Assembly (NCBI GenBank): GCA_045641465.1
Contig: JAZUGW010000166.1
Coordinates: 691-64,690, forward strand
Direction: 5' to 3'
Length of the DNA stretch: 64,000 nucleotides
Source: Kiritimatiellia bacterium
GTDB taxonomy: Bacteria > Verrucomicrobiota > Kiritimatiellia > RFP12 > UBA1067
Positions 26,884 through 39,196 of this stretch are shown here, in pieces (position 1 is the first letter of the stretch; every line of letters begins with the position of its first letter). The translations under genes and the position numbers were made by a program. The notes under the pieces were generated by a model. That model searched no databases, had not been told where the DNA came from, and worked only from the letters and a program-made list of their open reading frames with translations.

Positions 26884-28776
26884 CTACTTGAGCATCAGCT
26901 GCGTCAGCAGCTTGGTGAAACGACCCGGATCGGGGATGGCCGAACCTTCGGCAATCAACGCCTGGTCGTAGAGAAGTTCAACGGCATCCTTGAGCTCATC
27001 GCCGCTGAGACCTTTCATCTTTGTCACGAGCGGATGCGTGGCATTGACTTCAAGCGTGCGCTTTTCATGCGGAACTTCCTGGTTCATCGCGCGCATCATG
27101 CGCTCCATCGACGCCGAAAGCGCATTGGCACCCGCCACAAGGCAGCACGGCGAATCGGCCAGACGCGTCGACACACGCACATCTGCCACATCGTTCTTGA
27201 GCTGCTCCTTGACGGCGTCGAGGAACGGCTTGAGATCGGCGGACGCCTTTTCGTTGGCTTCCTTCTCTTCCTTCTGTTCCTTCTCGCTGCCGAACTGCAC
27301 ATCGCCCTTCGCGATGTCGATCAGCTTCTTGCCCTCGTATTCGCGCAGGTCGTCCACGAGCCACTCGTCAACCGGATCGACGAAGAAGAGCACATCGCAG
27401 CCATGCTGCAGCGCCTTCTCGATCTGCGGCGAATGACGGGCGTCTTCCAGGCGCTCCGCCGTCAGATAGTAGATGTCCTTCTGGTCCTTCGGCATCGCCT
27501 TCACATACTCGTCGAAGGAAATGCGCTTGCCCTCTTCGGTCTTCGCCGAATAGTAGAGCATCAGCTTCTTGATGCGGTCGGCGTTTGCATAGTCCGTACG
27601 AATGCCTTCCTTGAGGATGCGTCCGAACGCACCGAAGAACTCCGTGTAGGCCTCCGCCTTCTTGTCCTTCATCTCCTGCAGCGTCGCAAGGATCTTCGAC
27701 GTCACCGCCTGCTTGATCTTGCGGATCACGGCGTCATCCTGCAGCATCTCACGGCTCACATTGAGCGGCAAGTCGGCGGAATCCACCACGCCCTTCGCAA
27801 AGCGCAGATACTCCGGCAACAGCATCTCGAAATCGTCGCCGATGAACACGTTGCGCACGTAAAGGGAGAGTCCGCGTTTCGTGTTCGGCATATAGATGTC
27901 CATTCCCGCCTGCTTCGGCAGGAACAGCAACGCCTTGAATTCCACCGCACCTTCACCGGAGAAGTGAATCGTCTCAAGCGGATCCGAATAGTCGCGCGTG
28001 AGGTGCTTGTAGAATTCGTTGTACTCCTCCTGCTTGACATCCTTCTTCGCGCGCTTCCACAAGGCCGTCATCGTGTTGAGCGGCTTCGGCTCTTCCGGCT
28101 GCTTCGCCTCCTCGCCCTCTTTCTTCTCCTCCTTCTTCTCGGGCAGTCCCTTGAAGAAGATCGGGTAGGCGATGAAGTCCGAGTAGTCTTTGACAAGGCT
28201 TTCAATACGCCACTGGTCGAGATATTCCTCGAACTCAGGACGCAGATGCAGCATCACGCTCGTACCGAATTCATCGCGCTGGCCGTCTTCGATCGTGTAC
28301 GTGCCGCTGCAATCGCTCTCCCACTGGTAGGCGGCCGCTTCACCGCGCTTCTTGGAAACGACACGAACCTTGTCCGCCACCATGAACGCCGCGTAGAAAC
28401 CCACGCCAAACTGTCCAATGAGTTCCGGCAGATTCGAACCACCCTTTTCCTTGAGCGCCGCACGAAACGCCTTCGTCCCGGAGCTGGCGATGACGCCAAG
28501 ATTCTTGTCGAGATCCTCGGCGTTCATGCCGCTACCGTTGTCCGAGATCATCAACGTCTTGGAATCCTTGTCGGCGACGATCTGGATGCGCCATTCAGGA
28601 TTGTCCGACACAAGCTCCGGCTGCGTCAGACCGAGATATTTTGCACGGTCGATCGCATCGGACGCGTTCGAGATGAGTTCGCGCAGGAAGATTTCCTTCT
28701 TCGAGTACAACGAGTTCACGACGAGATCAAGCATTTCCTTGATCTCAGCCTTAAAAAGATGACTCTTCTTTTCCAT
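26884..28776 (-). CDS. htpG: molecular chaperone HtpG (Hsp90)
   Basis: 630 aa. N-terminal GHKL ATPase motifs (ELISNASDA, DNGSGM, GQFGVGFYAAF). Characteristic middle and C-terminal domains. Confidence 0.95.
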   Translation of the reverse strand: MEKKSHLFKAEIKEMLDLVVNSLYSKKEIFLRELISNASDAIDRAKYLGLTQPELVSDNPEWRIQIVADKDSKTLMISDNGSGMNAEDLDKNLGVIASSGTKAFRAALKEKGGSNLPELIGQFGVGFYAAFMVADKVRVVSKKRGEAAAYQWESDCSGTYTIEDGQRDEFGTSVMLHLRPEFEEYLDQWRIESLVKDYSDFIAYPIFFKGLPEKKEEKKEGEEAKQPEEPKPLNTMTALWKRAKKDVKQEEYNEFYKHLTRDYSDPLETIHFSGEGAVEFKALLFLPKQAGMDIYMPNTKRGLSLYVRNVFIGDDFEMLLPEYLRFAKGVVDSADLPLNVSREMLQDDAVIRKIKQAVTSKILATLQEMKDKKAEAYTEFFGAFGRILKEGIRTDYANADRIKKLMLYYSAKTEEGKRISFDEYVKAMPKDQKDIYYLTAERLEDARHSPQIEKALQHGCDVLFFVDPVDEWLVDDLREYEGKKLIDIAKGDVQFGSEKEQKEEKEANEKASADLKPFLDAVKEQLKNDVADVRVSTRLADSPCCLVAGANALSASMERMMRAMNQEVPHEKRTLEVNATHPLVTKMKGLSGDELKDAVELLYDQALIAEGSAIPDPGRFTKLLTQLMLK

Positions 28777-28799
28777 TTCTATCTTCTTTACATCAATTC

Positions 28800-28998
28800 A
28801 AACAATCTCAATCGTCAATCGCCCAATCATCCAATCGCCCAATCGAACAATCCGAACAATCGCCCAATCATCCAATCGAACAATCCGAACAATCGAACAA
28901 TCCGAACAATCGAACAATCCGAACAATCGAACAATCCGAACAATCGAACAATCCGAACAATCGAACAATCCGAACAATCCGAACAATCGAACAATCAA
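28800..28998. repeat. tandem repeat of ~25 CAATC-cored 8-9-bp units, including ~6 perfect copies of a 17-bp unit (caatcgaacaatccgaa)
   Basis: Plus strand reads ...caatcgcccaatcatccaatcgaacaatccgaacaatcgaacaatccgaa(x6)... . GC content is much lower than in the flanks. Sits between the glyA stop (29006) and the htpG start (28776). The 72-aa ORF in the track here (28798..29016) is a repeat artefact. Confidence 0.85.
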
Positions 28999-29005
28999 CC
29001 CAATG

Positions 29006-30682
29006 TTAAGGCACAAGGAACTTGGCCGTAAGCGCCTTCGCCTTCGCCTTGACCTTCGCCTGCATCTTCAGGTTCGTGATGTCGTCCAGGATGTCGCAGA
29101 TCCAGCCGCCGATCTTCGCGGCTTCCTTTTCCTTCATGCCACGCGTCGTGATGGAGGCCGTTCCCACGCGGATGCCGCTCGTCTTGAACGGCGACTCGGT
29201 GTCGTACGGAATCGCGTTCTTGTTCACGACGATACCGGCTGCGTCCAACGCCGCCGCCGCTTCCTTGCCCGTAATGCCCTTGGAGGTCTTCACGTCCACC
29301 AGGAAGAGGTGGTTGTCGGTGCCGCCCGAAACGATGCGATAGCCGCGATCCTTCACAACCTTGCACATCGCCGCGCAGTTCTTGACGATCTGCTGGGCAT
29401 AGCCCTTCTTTTCCGGACTCATCCACTCACGGAAGCAGATCGCCTTCGCGGCGATGATGTTCTCGAGCGGACCGCCCTGCATGCCCGGGAACACGGCACT
29501 GTCCAGCGCCTTCGCCCACTTCTCCTTGCAGAGCACCATGCCGCCGCGCGGACCGCCCAGCGTCTTGTGCGTCGTCGTGGTGACGAAGTCGGCATACGGC
29601 ACCGGGGACGGATGCGCCCCGCCCGCAACGAGACCCGCGATGTGCGCCATGTCGACCATCATGATGCAGCCGACCTTGTCGCAGATTTCACGGATGCGCT
29701 TGAAGTCGATCGTGCGCGGATAGGCCGAAGCACCCGTCAGAAGGATCTTCGGCTTCACTTCCATCGCCTGCTTCTCCATCGCATCGTAATCGAGACGCTC
29801 GGTCTTCTTGTCGACCGTGTACGGAACGATGTTGTAGATCTTGCCCGAGAAATTCACGGACGAACCGTGCGAGAGGTGTCCGCCCTGGTCGAGCGAGAGC
29901 GACATGATCGTGTCGCCCGGCTTGATCGTGGCGAAGTAGACGGCCATGTTCGCCGCGCTGCCGCAGTGCGGCTGCACATTGGCGTGTTCAGCGCCGAAGA
30001 GCTTGCACGCACGCTGGCGCGCGAGCTCTTCCGCATTGTCCACCGGCACGCAGCCCGAGTACCAGCGCTTGCCCGGATAGCCTTCGGCGTACTTGTTCAT
30101 CAGCACGCTGCCAGCCGCCATGCGCACGGCGCGGCTCGACGTGTTTTCGGACGCGATCAGGTTGATTTCCGTATCTTCCTGAACCACCTGCGCCTTGATC
30201 GCCGCGTAGATTTCCGGATCGGCCTTCGCGAGGTACGAGAAGTCGCTCAGACGCATCGCACGCTCGAGCTTTCCGCGGCGGCGCGCATGACGCGTCGCCG
30301 TATCGAGCTTCGTGGAGACGAACTTCTTGAGAATCTTGATCGCCGCCGCCGGCTTCGTGCGGTCCTGACCGAGGCAGAGCACGTTCGCACCGTTGTGGGC
30401 ACGCGCCATCTCGGCATCACGCTCGTCGCGGCACAGCGCCGCGCGCACGTTCTGGAACCGGTTCGCGGCCATCGTCATGCCCATGCCCGTGGTGCAGACC
30501 AAAACACCAAAGTCGACCTCCTCGAGAGCAACCAGCTCCGCCACGGCATCGGCGTAGTCCGGATAGTCGCAGGACTCCGCCGTCGCCGGACCCATATCCA
30601 GGAATTCGGCATCCTTGTACTTGGCAAGAATCGCCTGCTTCAACTCAAATCCACCGTGGTCGGAACAAATTGCAATCTTCAT
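29006..30682 (-). CDS. glyA: bifunctional fusion: ribose-5-phosphate isomerase B (N-terminal ~145 aa) fused in frame to serine hydroxymethyltransferase
   Basis: N-terminus [15 protein letters not shown]...[16 protein letters not shown]...NGANVLCLG is RpiB/LacAB. It continues with no stop into GlyA ([58 protein letters not shown] ... PLP-Lys region [14 protein letters not shown]). Confidence 0.9.
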   Translation of the reverse strand: MKIAICSDHGGFELKQAILAKYKDAEFLDMGPATAESCDYPDYADAVAELVALEEVDFGVLVCTTGMGMTMAANRFQNVRAALCRDERDAEMARAHNGANVLCLGQDRTKPAAAIKILKKFVSTKLDTATRHARRRGKLERAMRLSDFSYLAKADPEIYAAIKAQVVQEDTEINLIASENTSSRAVRMAAGSVLMNKYAEGYPGKRWYSGCVPVDNAEELARQRACKLFGAEHANVQPHCGSAANMAVYFATIKPGDTIMSLSLDQGGHLSHGSSVNFSGKIYNIVPYTVDKKTERLDYDAMEKQAMEVKPKILLTGASAYPRTIDFKRIREICDKVGCIMMVDMAHIAGLVAGGAHPSPVPYADFVTTTTHKTLGGPRGGMVLCKEKWAKALDSAVFPGMQGGPLENIIAAKAICFREWMSPEKKGYAQQIVKNCAAMCKVVKDRGYRIVSGGTDNHLFLVDVKTSKGITGKEAAAALDAAGIVVNKNAIPYDTESPFKTSGIRVGTASITTRGMKEKEAAKIGGWICDILDDITNLKMQAKVKAKAKALTAKFLVP

Positions 30683-30728
30683 GATCTTTTTTTCTTTGCT
30701 AGTGTTTTTTGGGGTTAAGTCTTCTTAC

Positions 30729-33965
<3,237 letters not shown>

Positions 33966-34036
33966 ACCTTCCTCGTTTCAGCCCGAGAATCAACAGAATC
34001 CCCGAGGCCAAAAACTAAATCGCAAATCGGGTAGAT

Positions 34037-34065
34037 ATTATACCGAAAACGGACGCCAATCGCAA
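34037..34065 (-). promoter_or_regulatory. candidate sigma70 promoter (TTGCGA-17-TATAAT) for carB
   Basis: The reverse strand reads tccTTGCGAttggcgtccgttttcggTATAATatc ~70 nt upstream of the carB ATG, and the leader contains GAGGAAGG. Confidence 0.5.
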
Positions 34066-34112
34066 GGAGAAAACCCATTCATTCGAACGGGCGACTTGCC
34101 GTCTGTCGGGCA

Positions 34113-35438
34113 TTACCTGATTTCGACGAGCGCACCGGCGCAGGTGGGCAATGGGAAGGCGTACATGCCCTTCTCGAGGCGCTTCACGGGGATCGGTCCC
34201 TGACCGCCCTGCACGGAGACCTTTGCCTTCGGCGCGGGGACGAAACAGACCTCGACCGTACCCGGCTTGTCGTCGCGCGGATCGCCTGCCGCCGTCACAA
34301 AGAACGCCCGCGCACCCTTCGCCGACGCCGCGCGCGGTTCCATCACGCCCACGAGCAGCGGCGAACCGTCCGCCGCATGCAGATTCGTGACGCCGCCGGT
34401 CGTCAGCTGCGCGGCTTTCGGACACGGCTGCAGCGGATTGCGCGGCGAGTTTTCGGGGAAGCCCACAAAGTGCGTCGCAACGGACCGATACTTCATATAC
34501 GCCGGCCCCAATCGCTTCAGCTCGGCGTTCATCGTCTGCAGCTTTGCGTACTGCGGCGTCAGATTGCCCGCCTTGTCGATGACATTGTTGGTCCACCAGC
34601 CGGCGCACCAGCAGGCCCACGTGATCGCCTCGGCGCCGAAGCTCATCGCCGCATACGCCTGGAACCGCAGGCGGTTCAGGCTCGTCGGCGGCAGCCCCTC
34701 GCGCGAATTCACCTGCGGAATATACCAGAAGCTCCGCTTCGTCTTGCGGCATGCATTCGCCACGATGATGAAATTGTCGTAGCACTTCTGCAGGAACCGG
34801 TCGCCCGCCTGCGGGCCCGTATACGGGTAGAAGTCGTACGAAATGTAATCGAGCGGCACATCCCGGCAATACGCCTCGATATGCTCCAAGTAGGTCGGCG
34901 TGCCCAGCTGGTTCACCGTCTGCTTCGCCGAATTCTGCGACACGCTCGCGTAGTTCGGGTAGAGGTTCAAGTAGAGCGGCACACCCGGCAAGGCCTTGTT
35001 GAGCTGACGCACCACGTCGCCATAGTACGGGAAATCGAGCGCGGACGGTTCGTCGCCGATATCCACGGCCCAAATGGCCGGATGGTCCTTGTACGCCGCC
35101 GCTGCCGCCGCATATTTCTCCGGGGGGTTGATCGTCTTCATCTGTCCGGCACGATCGCCGTCACCACCCCACCAGCCCGGCATCAGACCGCCGACGATAG
35201 CGCCCACGCCATATTTGGCGAACAGGTCCAACGTCGGCCGATCGCTGTGCGAAACGCCGATGATGAAGTCCACCCCGCAGTCGTGGATGGCCTTCACATG
35301 CGCTTCCGTACGCGCATTCGCCTGCAGACAATACGCGCCGATCAAGAGGTTCTTGCGGTTCATCCGCTCGCTCGGCACCGCCCCCAGGGCGCTCCCGGCG
35401 GCCGCCATCATCAAAATGCCCAACATCGTCTTCTTCAT
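34113..35438 (-). CDS. secreted TIM-barrel glycoside-hydrolase-like protein (family not assigned)
   Basis: 441 aa. Signal peptide MKKTMLGILMMAAAGSALGA. AAAGGAA Shine-Dalgarno. Aromatic-rich segments (LYLNLYPNY, YISYDFYPY, WACWCAGWW) typical of GH catalytic barrels. Contains a C-terminal beta-sandwich-like region. Confidence 0.55.
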   Translation of the reverse strand: MKKTMLGILMMAAAGSALGAVPSERMNRKNLLIGAYCLQANARTEAHVKAIHDCGVDFIIGVSHSDRPTLDLFAKYGVGAIVGGLMPGWWGGDGDRAGQMKTINPPEKYAAAAAAYKDHPAIWAVDIGDEPSALDFPYYGDVVRQLNKALPGVPLYLNLYPNYASVSQNSAKQTVNQLGTPTYLEHIEAYCRDVPLDYISYDFYPYTGPQAGDRFLQKCYDNFIIVANACRKTKRSFWYIPQVNSREGLPPTSLNRLRFQAYAAMSFGAEAITWACWCAGWWTNNVIDKAGNLTPQYAKLQTMNAELKRLGPAYMKYRSVATHFVGFPENSPRNPLQPCPKAAQLTTGGVTNLHAADGSPLLVGVMEPRAASAKGARAFFVTAAGDPRDDKPGTVEVCFVPAPKAKVSVQGGQGPIPVKRLEKGMYAFPLPTCAGALVEIR

Positions 35439-35459
35439 GACCCGTTTCCTTTCTTGACT

Positions 35460-36020
35460 TCAAGTCGCATCTGCCACCAATTTGAAAAACACGCCCGCAC
35501 AGGCCAGCGTGTCATCGAGCGCGTCGTGGCTGTTGATTCCCTCGATTCCGAGAGGCTCGAGAAGATTGCCGAGCGCGTGGCTCTTCAGGTCCGGACGCAG
35601 CCGCCGCGACAGCGCCAGCGTGTCACAGAGCTGGACGCCTTCCGGCTCGAACGCCACGTCGAACTTCGCGCACTCCTGCTGCAGCATCCGCATGTCGAAC
35701 CGGTTGTTGTGCGCCACCAGCAGCACGTCGGATCCAAGGAAGTCGAAGAACTGGCGCAGCGCATCGGACGGTTCGATTCCGTGCTCATCCAGGTAATCCA
35801 TCGAAATGCCGTGGATCTGCTCGGCAAAGGGATTCATCTCGCAGGACGGATGAATGTAGACGTTCATCGTCCGCTCGAGCTGTCCATTGACATACTCCGC
35901 CGCCGCCAGCTGGCAGATTTCATCCGAACTCGTGCAGCCCGTCGTTTCCGTGTCGAACACCACCACCCGACCGGTGGTGGCGAACGACGCAAAAGTCTCT
36001 ATGCTGTTGTACTTTCCCAT
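35460..36020 (-). CDS. DnaQ-like 3'-5' exonuclease (DEDDh)
   Basis: 186 aa. Exo I VVFDTETTG. Exo II LLVAHNNRFDMRML. Exo III HDALDDTLA. Confidence 0.8.
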   Translation of the reverse strand: MGKYNSIETFASFATTGRVVVFDTETTGCTSSDEICQLAAAEYVNGQLERTMNVYIHPSCEMNPFAEQIHGISMDYLDEHGIEPSDALRQFFDFLGSDVLLVAHNNRFDMRMLQQECAKFDVAFEPEGVQLCDTLALSRRLRPDLKSHALGNLLEPLGIEGINSHDALDDTLACAGVFFKLVADAT

Positions 36021-36041
36021 AGCGCTTTGTGGGGTTGCCGA

Positions 36042-37829
36042 CTACTTGCCTGAAAGGACAGTGAAAACGGCGAGAAGGATGCCGCAGAGGCCCTCGCCCG
36101 CGATCAGACCGGCGGAGAAGAGCGTACCCGCATCTTCGCCTTCCGCCTTCTGTCCCCGCACATGGTTCACCCACTTGCGGATCATGCCGCCCGCGAAGAC
36201 GGTCGCGTTAAGGCCGAACGGCAGGTAGATGCCGATGGCGAACGGCATCACCGGCACGCGGAAGATCGCGAGTACGACGGCGATCACCGCGCCATAGCCG
36301 AGATACTGCCACGGCAGCTGTCCGTCCATGATGCCTTCCACGATCACCTTCATCATGTTCGCCTGCGGCGCCGAGAGCTGTTCGCTGCCAAAGCCCCAGG
36401 CCTTGTTGAGCAGAACAAGCACGAAGCCGATGGCCAGCGCGGAGGCGACCGAACCGATGAGCAGGCCGAGTTCCTGCTTCCAGGGCGTCGCGCCCACGAG
36501 GTAGCCCGTCTTCAGGTCCTGCGCCGTATCGCCCGCCATGGACGCGACGATGCAGACGACGCTGCCGACGGAAATCGCGGCCACCATGCCCACCGCGCCG
36601 ACGACGCCCGTCACCTTCAACACGAGCGACGCGACGACGAGCGTGGCGATCGTCATGCCGGAAACCGGATTGTTCGAGGCGCCGACCAAGCCCACCATCC
36701 GCGCCGAAACCGCCGCGAAGAAGAAGCCGAAGAGCGCCACCAGCATCGCCCCCAGAAGTCCCACCTTCACATAGGGCACCATCCAGATGAAGAGAATCAC
36801 GCAGCCGACACCGCCGAGGATGGTCTTCATCGGAATGTCACGTTCCACGCGCGGCAGATTCGCCGCCGCATTTCCCGCGCCCTTCAGTCCGCCCGCCAGC
36901 GACGCCTTGAACGTACGCGCGAAGAGCGGCATCGACTTCGCGAGCGAAATGAAGCCGCCCATCGCAATCGCCCCCGCACCCACATAGCGCACATACTGCT
37001 TCCACACGGCCTGCGCCCCTTCGGCGGACCAGAGCTGCGACGCTTCCGGCACGAACCAGCTGAAGATCGGCACGAGCACCATCCATCCGAAGAACGCGCC
37101 GGCGACAAGCAGCGTCGAGATCTTCGGACCCACCACGTAGCCGACGCCGAGCAGCGCCGCCGAAACCTCGAAACCCATCGCGCCGCGCACGAAGCGAACC
37201 GGGAAGAGGAAGGCCTCGGGGATCCACTTGAAGCCGCCCGTAATCACCTTCACGAGCGCCGCCAGACCGAGGCCCATGAACACCATGCTCGCCTGCTTCG
37301 CACCCTTCTCGCCCGCATGCAGCACATCCGCGCACGCCCGGCCTTCCGGATAGGGGAGCGACTTCTGTTCTTCGACGATCAGCGGACGCCGTAGCGGCAC
37401 CATCATCAGCGTACCGAGCGCACCGCCCACAAGCGCGATGATCGTCACCGGGATGATGTCCGTCGCGCTCGAAACGACCTGCACCCAGTCCGTCTTGCCT
37501 TCCTTCGCCCACTGAGCCGCCCAGAGATAGAGCGCCGGCACGGTGAAGATCATCCCGGCCGCCAGCGACTCGCCCGCGCTGCCGATCGTCTGCACCATGT
37601 TGTTCTCGAGAATCGAGTCGCGCCGCAACACAAAACGCAGAACGCCCATCGAGATCACGGCGGCGGGAATCGACGCTGAAATCGTCAAACCCACGCGCAA
37701 CCCCAGATAGGCATTGGCCGCACCGAAGACGACCGCCAGCAGCACACCGAGGATGATGGCCGTCAAGGTCATTTCCTTCACTTTGATTTCGGGCTCCTTC
37801 GTCCCGACAACCTTTTCGTTTCCTTCCAT
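36042..37829 (-). CDS. OPT-family oligopeptide transporter
   Basis: 595 aa polytopic membrane protein. N-terminus EMTLTAIILGVLLAVVFGAANAYLGLRVGLTISASIPAAVISMG is typical of OPT-superfamily bacterial members. Confidence 0.85.
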   Translation of the reverse strand: MEGNEKVVGTKEPEIKVKEMTLTAIILGVLLAVVFGAANAYLGLRVGLTISASIPAAVISMGVLRFVLRRDSILENNMVQTIGSAGESLAAGMIFTVPALYLWAAQWAKEGKTDWVQVVSSATDIIPVTIIALVGGALGTLMMVPLRRPLIVEEQKSLPYPEGRACADVLHAGEKGAKQASMVFMGLGLAALVKVITGGFKWIPEAFLFPVRFVRGAMGFEVSAALLGVGYVVGPKISTLLVAGAFFGWMVLVPIFSWFVPEASQLWSAEGAQAVWKQYVRYVGAGAIAMGGFISLAKSMPLFARTFKASLAGGLKGAGNAAANLPRVERDIPMKTILGGVGCVILFIWMVPYVKVGLLGAMLVALFGFFFAAVSARMVGLVGASNNPVSGMTIATLVVASLVLKVTGVVGAVGMVAAISVGSVVCIVASMAGDTAQDLKTGYLVGATPWKQELGLLIGSVASALAIGFVLVLLNKAWGFGSEQLSAPQANMMKVIVEGIMDGQLPWQYLGYGAVIAVVLAIFRVPVMPFAIGIYLPFGLNATVFAGGMIRKWVNHVRGQKAEGEDAGTLFSAGLIAGEGLCGILLAVFTVLSGK

Positions 37830-37858
37830 TTTCGTTTTGATCCTTTACTGAACTGAAA

Positions 37859-39139
37859 TCACTTCTTCTTGTAGAAGACGAATGTTCCGGCTTCGACCGA
37901 CTTCTCGTTGATCTTGTCGCCCGTTACGATCTTCCCTTCAGGACTATAGTAGTACGTCGTGGGCGAACGCCAGGCGGCACCGGCGATTTTATACGGCGAC
38001 AGGGACGGACTCACAGGTCCTCCGCGCGTATAGCCCGGCAGCTTGGCAAGCGCCGCGAGATCGCGTACGTCATCCCCCATGCGCCCCACGTGCAAGTTCG
38101 CCGGCAACGGCAAAACAGTGTCCTTCCCGTCAACTGCAGGCGCCGTCTCTTCCTTGGGGGCCGGAGGTACGATCAATTTCGCGTCCTTCTTGAAAAACCC
38201 GCCCTTCAGACCGACCAGCTGGAGCCAGCTGCGTTCCGGCTTTTCGGTCGGGGCGACTTCCGGCTTCGGCACCACCAACGGCGGCTTCACAATCGGCGGA
38301 GGCGTTTTCGGTGGCCGCGCCGACGGCTTCGGAGCAGTACGCTGCGCAACGACCGGCGGACTCTTCGCCGGCGGACGTGCCACCGGTTTCGGCTTCGCGG
38401 GAACCGAACGCGCGGCCACCGCTGCAACCGGTGCAGGACGCGCGCCGATCTGCGCCCGCCCTCTTCCATAGTAGGCCGCCATCGTGTCGACGCTACCATA
38501 CAGAACACAGTTCAAATAGGGATCCGCCTGGACGAGGCGCTTCGCCTTCACATCCGGATCGTAGGCCACGCGCGAGGTCAAGCCGAGTTTCGCACGGACG
38601 CTCGGCATGGCGAACAACATGCCGCAGCGCTTGCGTCCCCGATGGCGTTTCTTGTGGAAGCGATTCGGTGCGCCGTAGGCGACTTGCGAATGGCAGACGA
38701 TCTGCGAATCCTTGAGACCGTAGATCTTCTTCAGCCGCGCCAGAAGTTCCTTCAACGCCTCGAGCTGCTTAACGGGCATCGTCTTATTGTGATAGCCGAC
38801 GACCTCGATGCCGATGGAATATTCGTCGCAGTCTTCCTTGGAATTCCACATGGAGCGTCCCGCATGGAACGCCTCCAGATTGCGGTCGACAATGCGGTAG
38901 ACCTCACCCGCATCCGTCACGCAGTAGTGCGCTTCACCGCGTTCGCTGAGCTTGTTCAGGGCACTCTTCGCGTGCGCCTCGGTCGTATGCAGCACGATGA
39001 GACTCGTCGCCTGGCGCGGATCACGCTCCTTGTTTCGCGGCGAACGATAGTTGTCCTTGATCACCAGCGGCGCCGCGGCGCAGACGCCGGCGAGAAACAC
39101 CGTCAAAAAAAAGGCGAAAGATGAAAGGAGACTGCGCAT
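37859..39139 (-). CDS. N-acetylmuramoyl-L-alanine amidase (Amidase_2/PGRP domain) with Pro-rich linker and C-terminal domain
   Basis: Probable ATG at 39139 (MRSLLSSFAFFLTVFLAGVCAA signal peptide); the track's GTG at 39166 lies inside an upstream repeat. Zn-amidase motifs LIVLHTTEA...HYCV...EAFHAGRS...GIEVVGYH. Linker PKPVARPPAKSPPVV...PPIVKPP. Confidence 0.8.
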   Translation of the reverse strand: MRSLLSSFAFFLTVFLAGVCAAAPLVIKDNYRSPRNKERDPRQATSLIVLHTTEAHAKSALNKLSERGEAHYCVTDAGEVYRIVDRNLEAFHAGRSMWNSKEDCDEYSIGIEVVGYHNKTMPVKQLEALKELLARLKKIYGLKDSQIVCHSQVAYGAPNRFHKKRHRGRKRCGMLFAMPSVRAKLGLTSRVAYDPDVKAKRLVQADPYLNCVLYGSVDTMAAYYGRGRAQIGARPAPVAAVAARSVPAKPKPVARPPAKSPPVVAQRTAPKPSARPPKTPPPIVKPPLVVPKPEVAPTEKPERSWLQLVGLKGGFFKKDAKLIVPPAPKEETAPAVDGKDTVLPLPANLHVGRMGDDVRDLAALAKLPGYTRGGPVSPSLSPYKIAGAAWRSPTTYYYSPEGKIVTGDKINEKSVEAGTFVFYKKK

Positions 39140-39196
39140 CGGCAATCTGAACCTTTCACCTTTCACCGTTCACCTTTCGCCTGTGCAGAAACGCGC

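Noticed and set aside
28800-28998. Possible CRISPR array
   Set aside because: The units are 8-9 bp (17-bp super-unit), with no unique spacers between repeats. No cas genes are nearby.
28798-29016. 72-aa reverse-strand ORF ([29 protein letters not shown]...)
   Set aside because: It is produced entirely by translating the CAATC tandem repeat, and its periodic peptide simply mirrors the DNA repeat.
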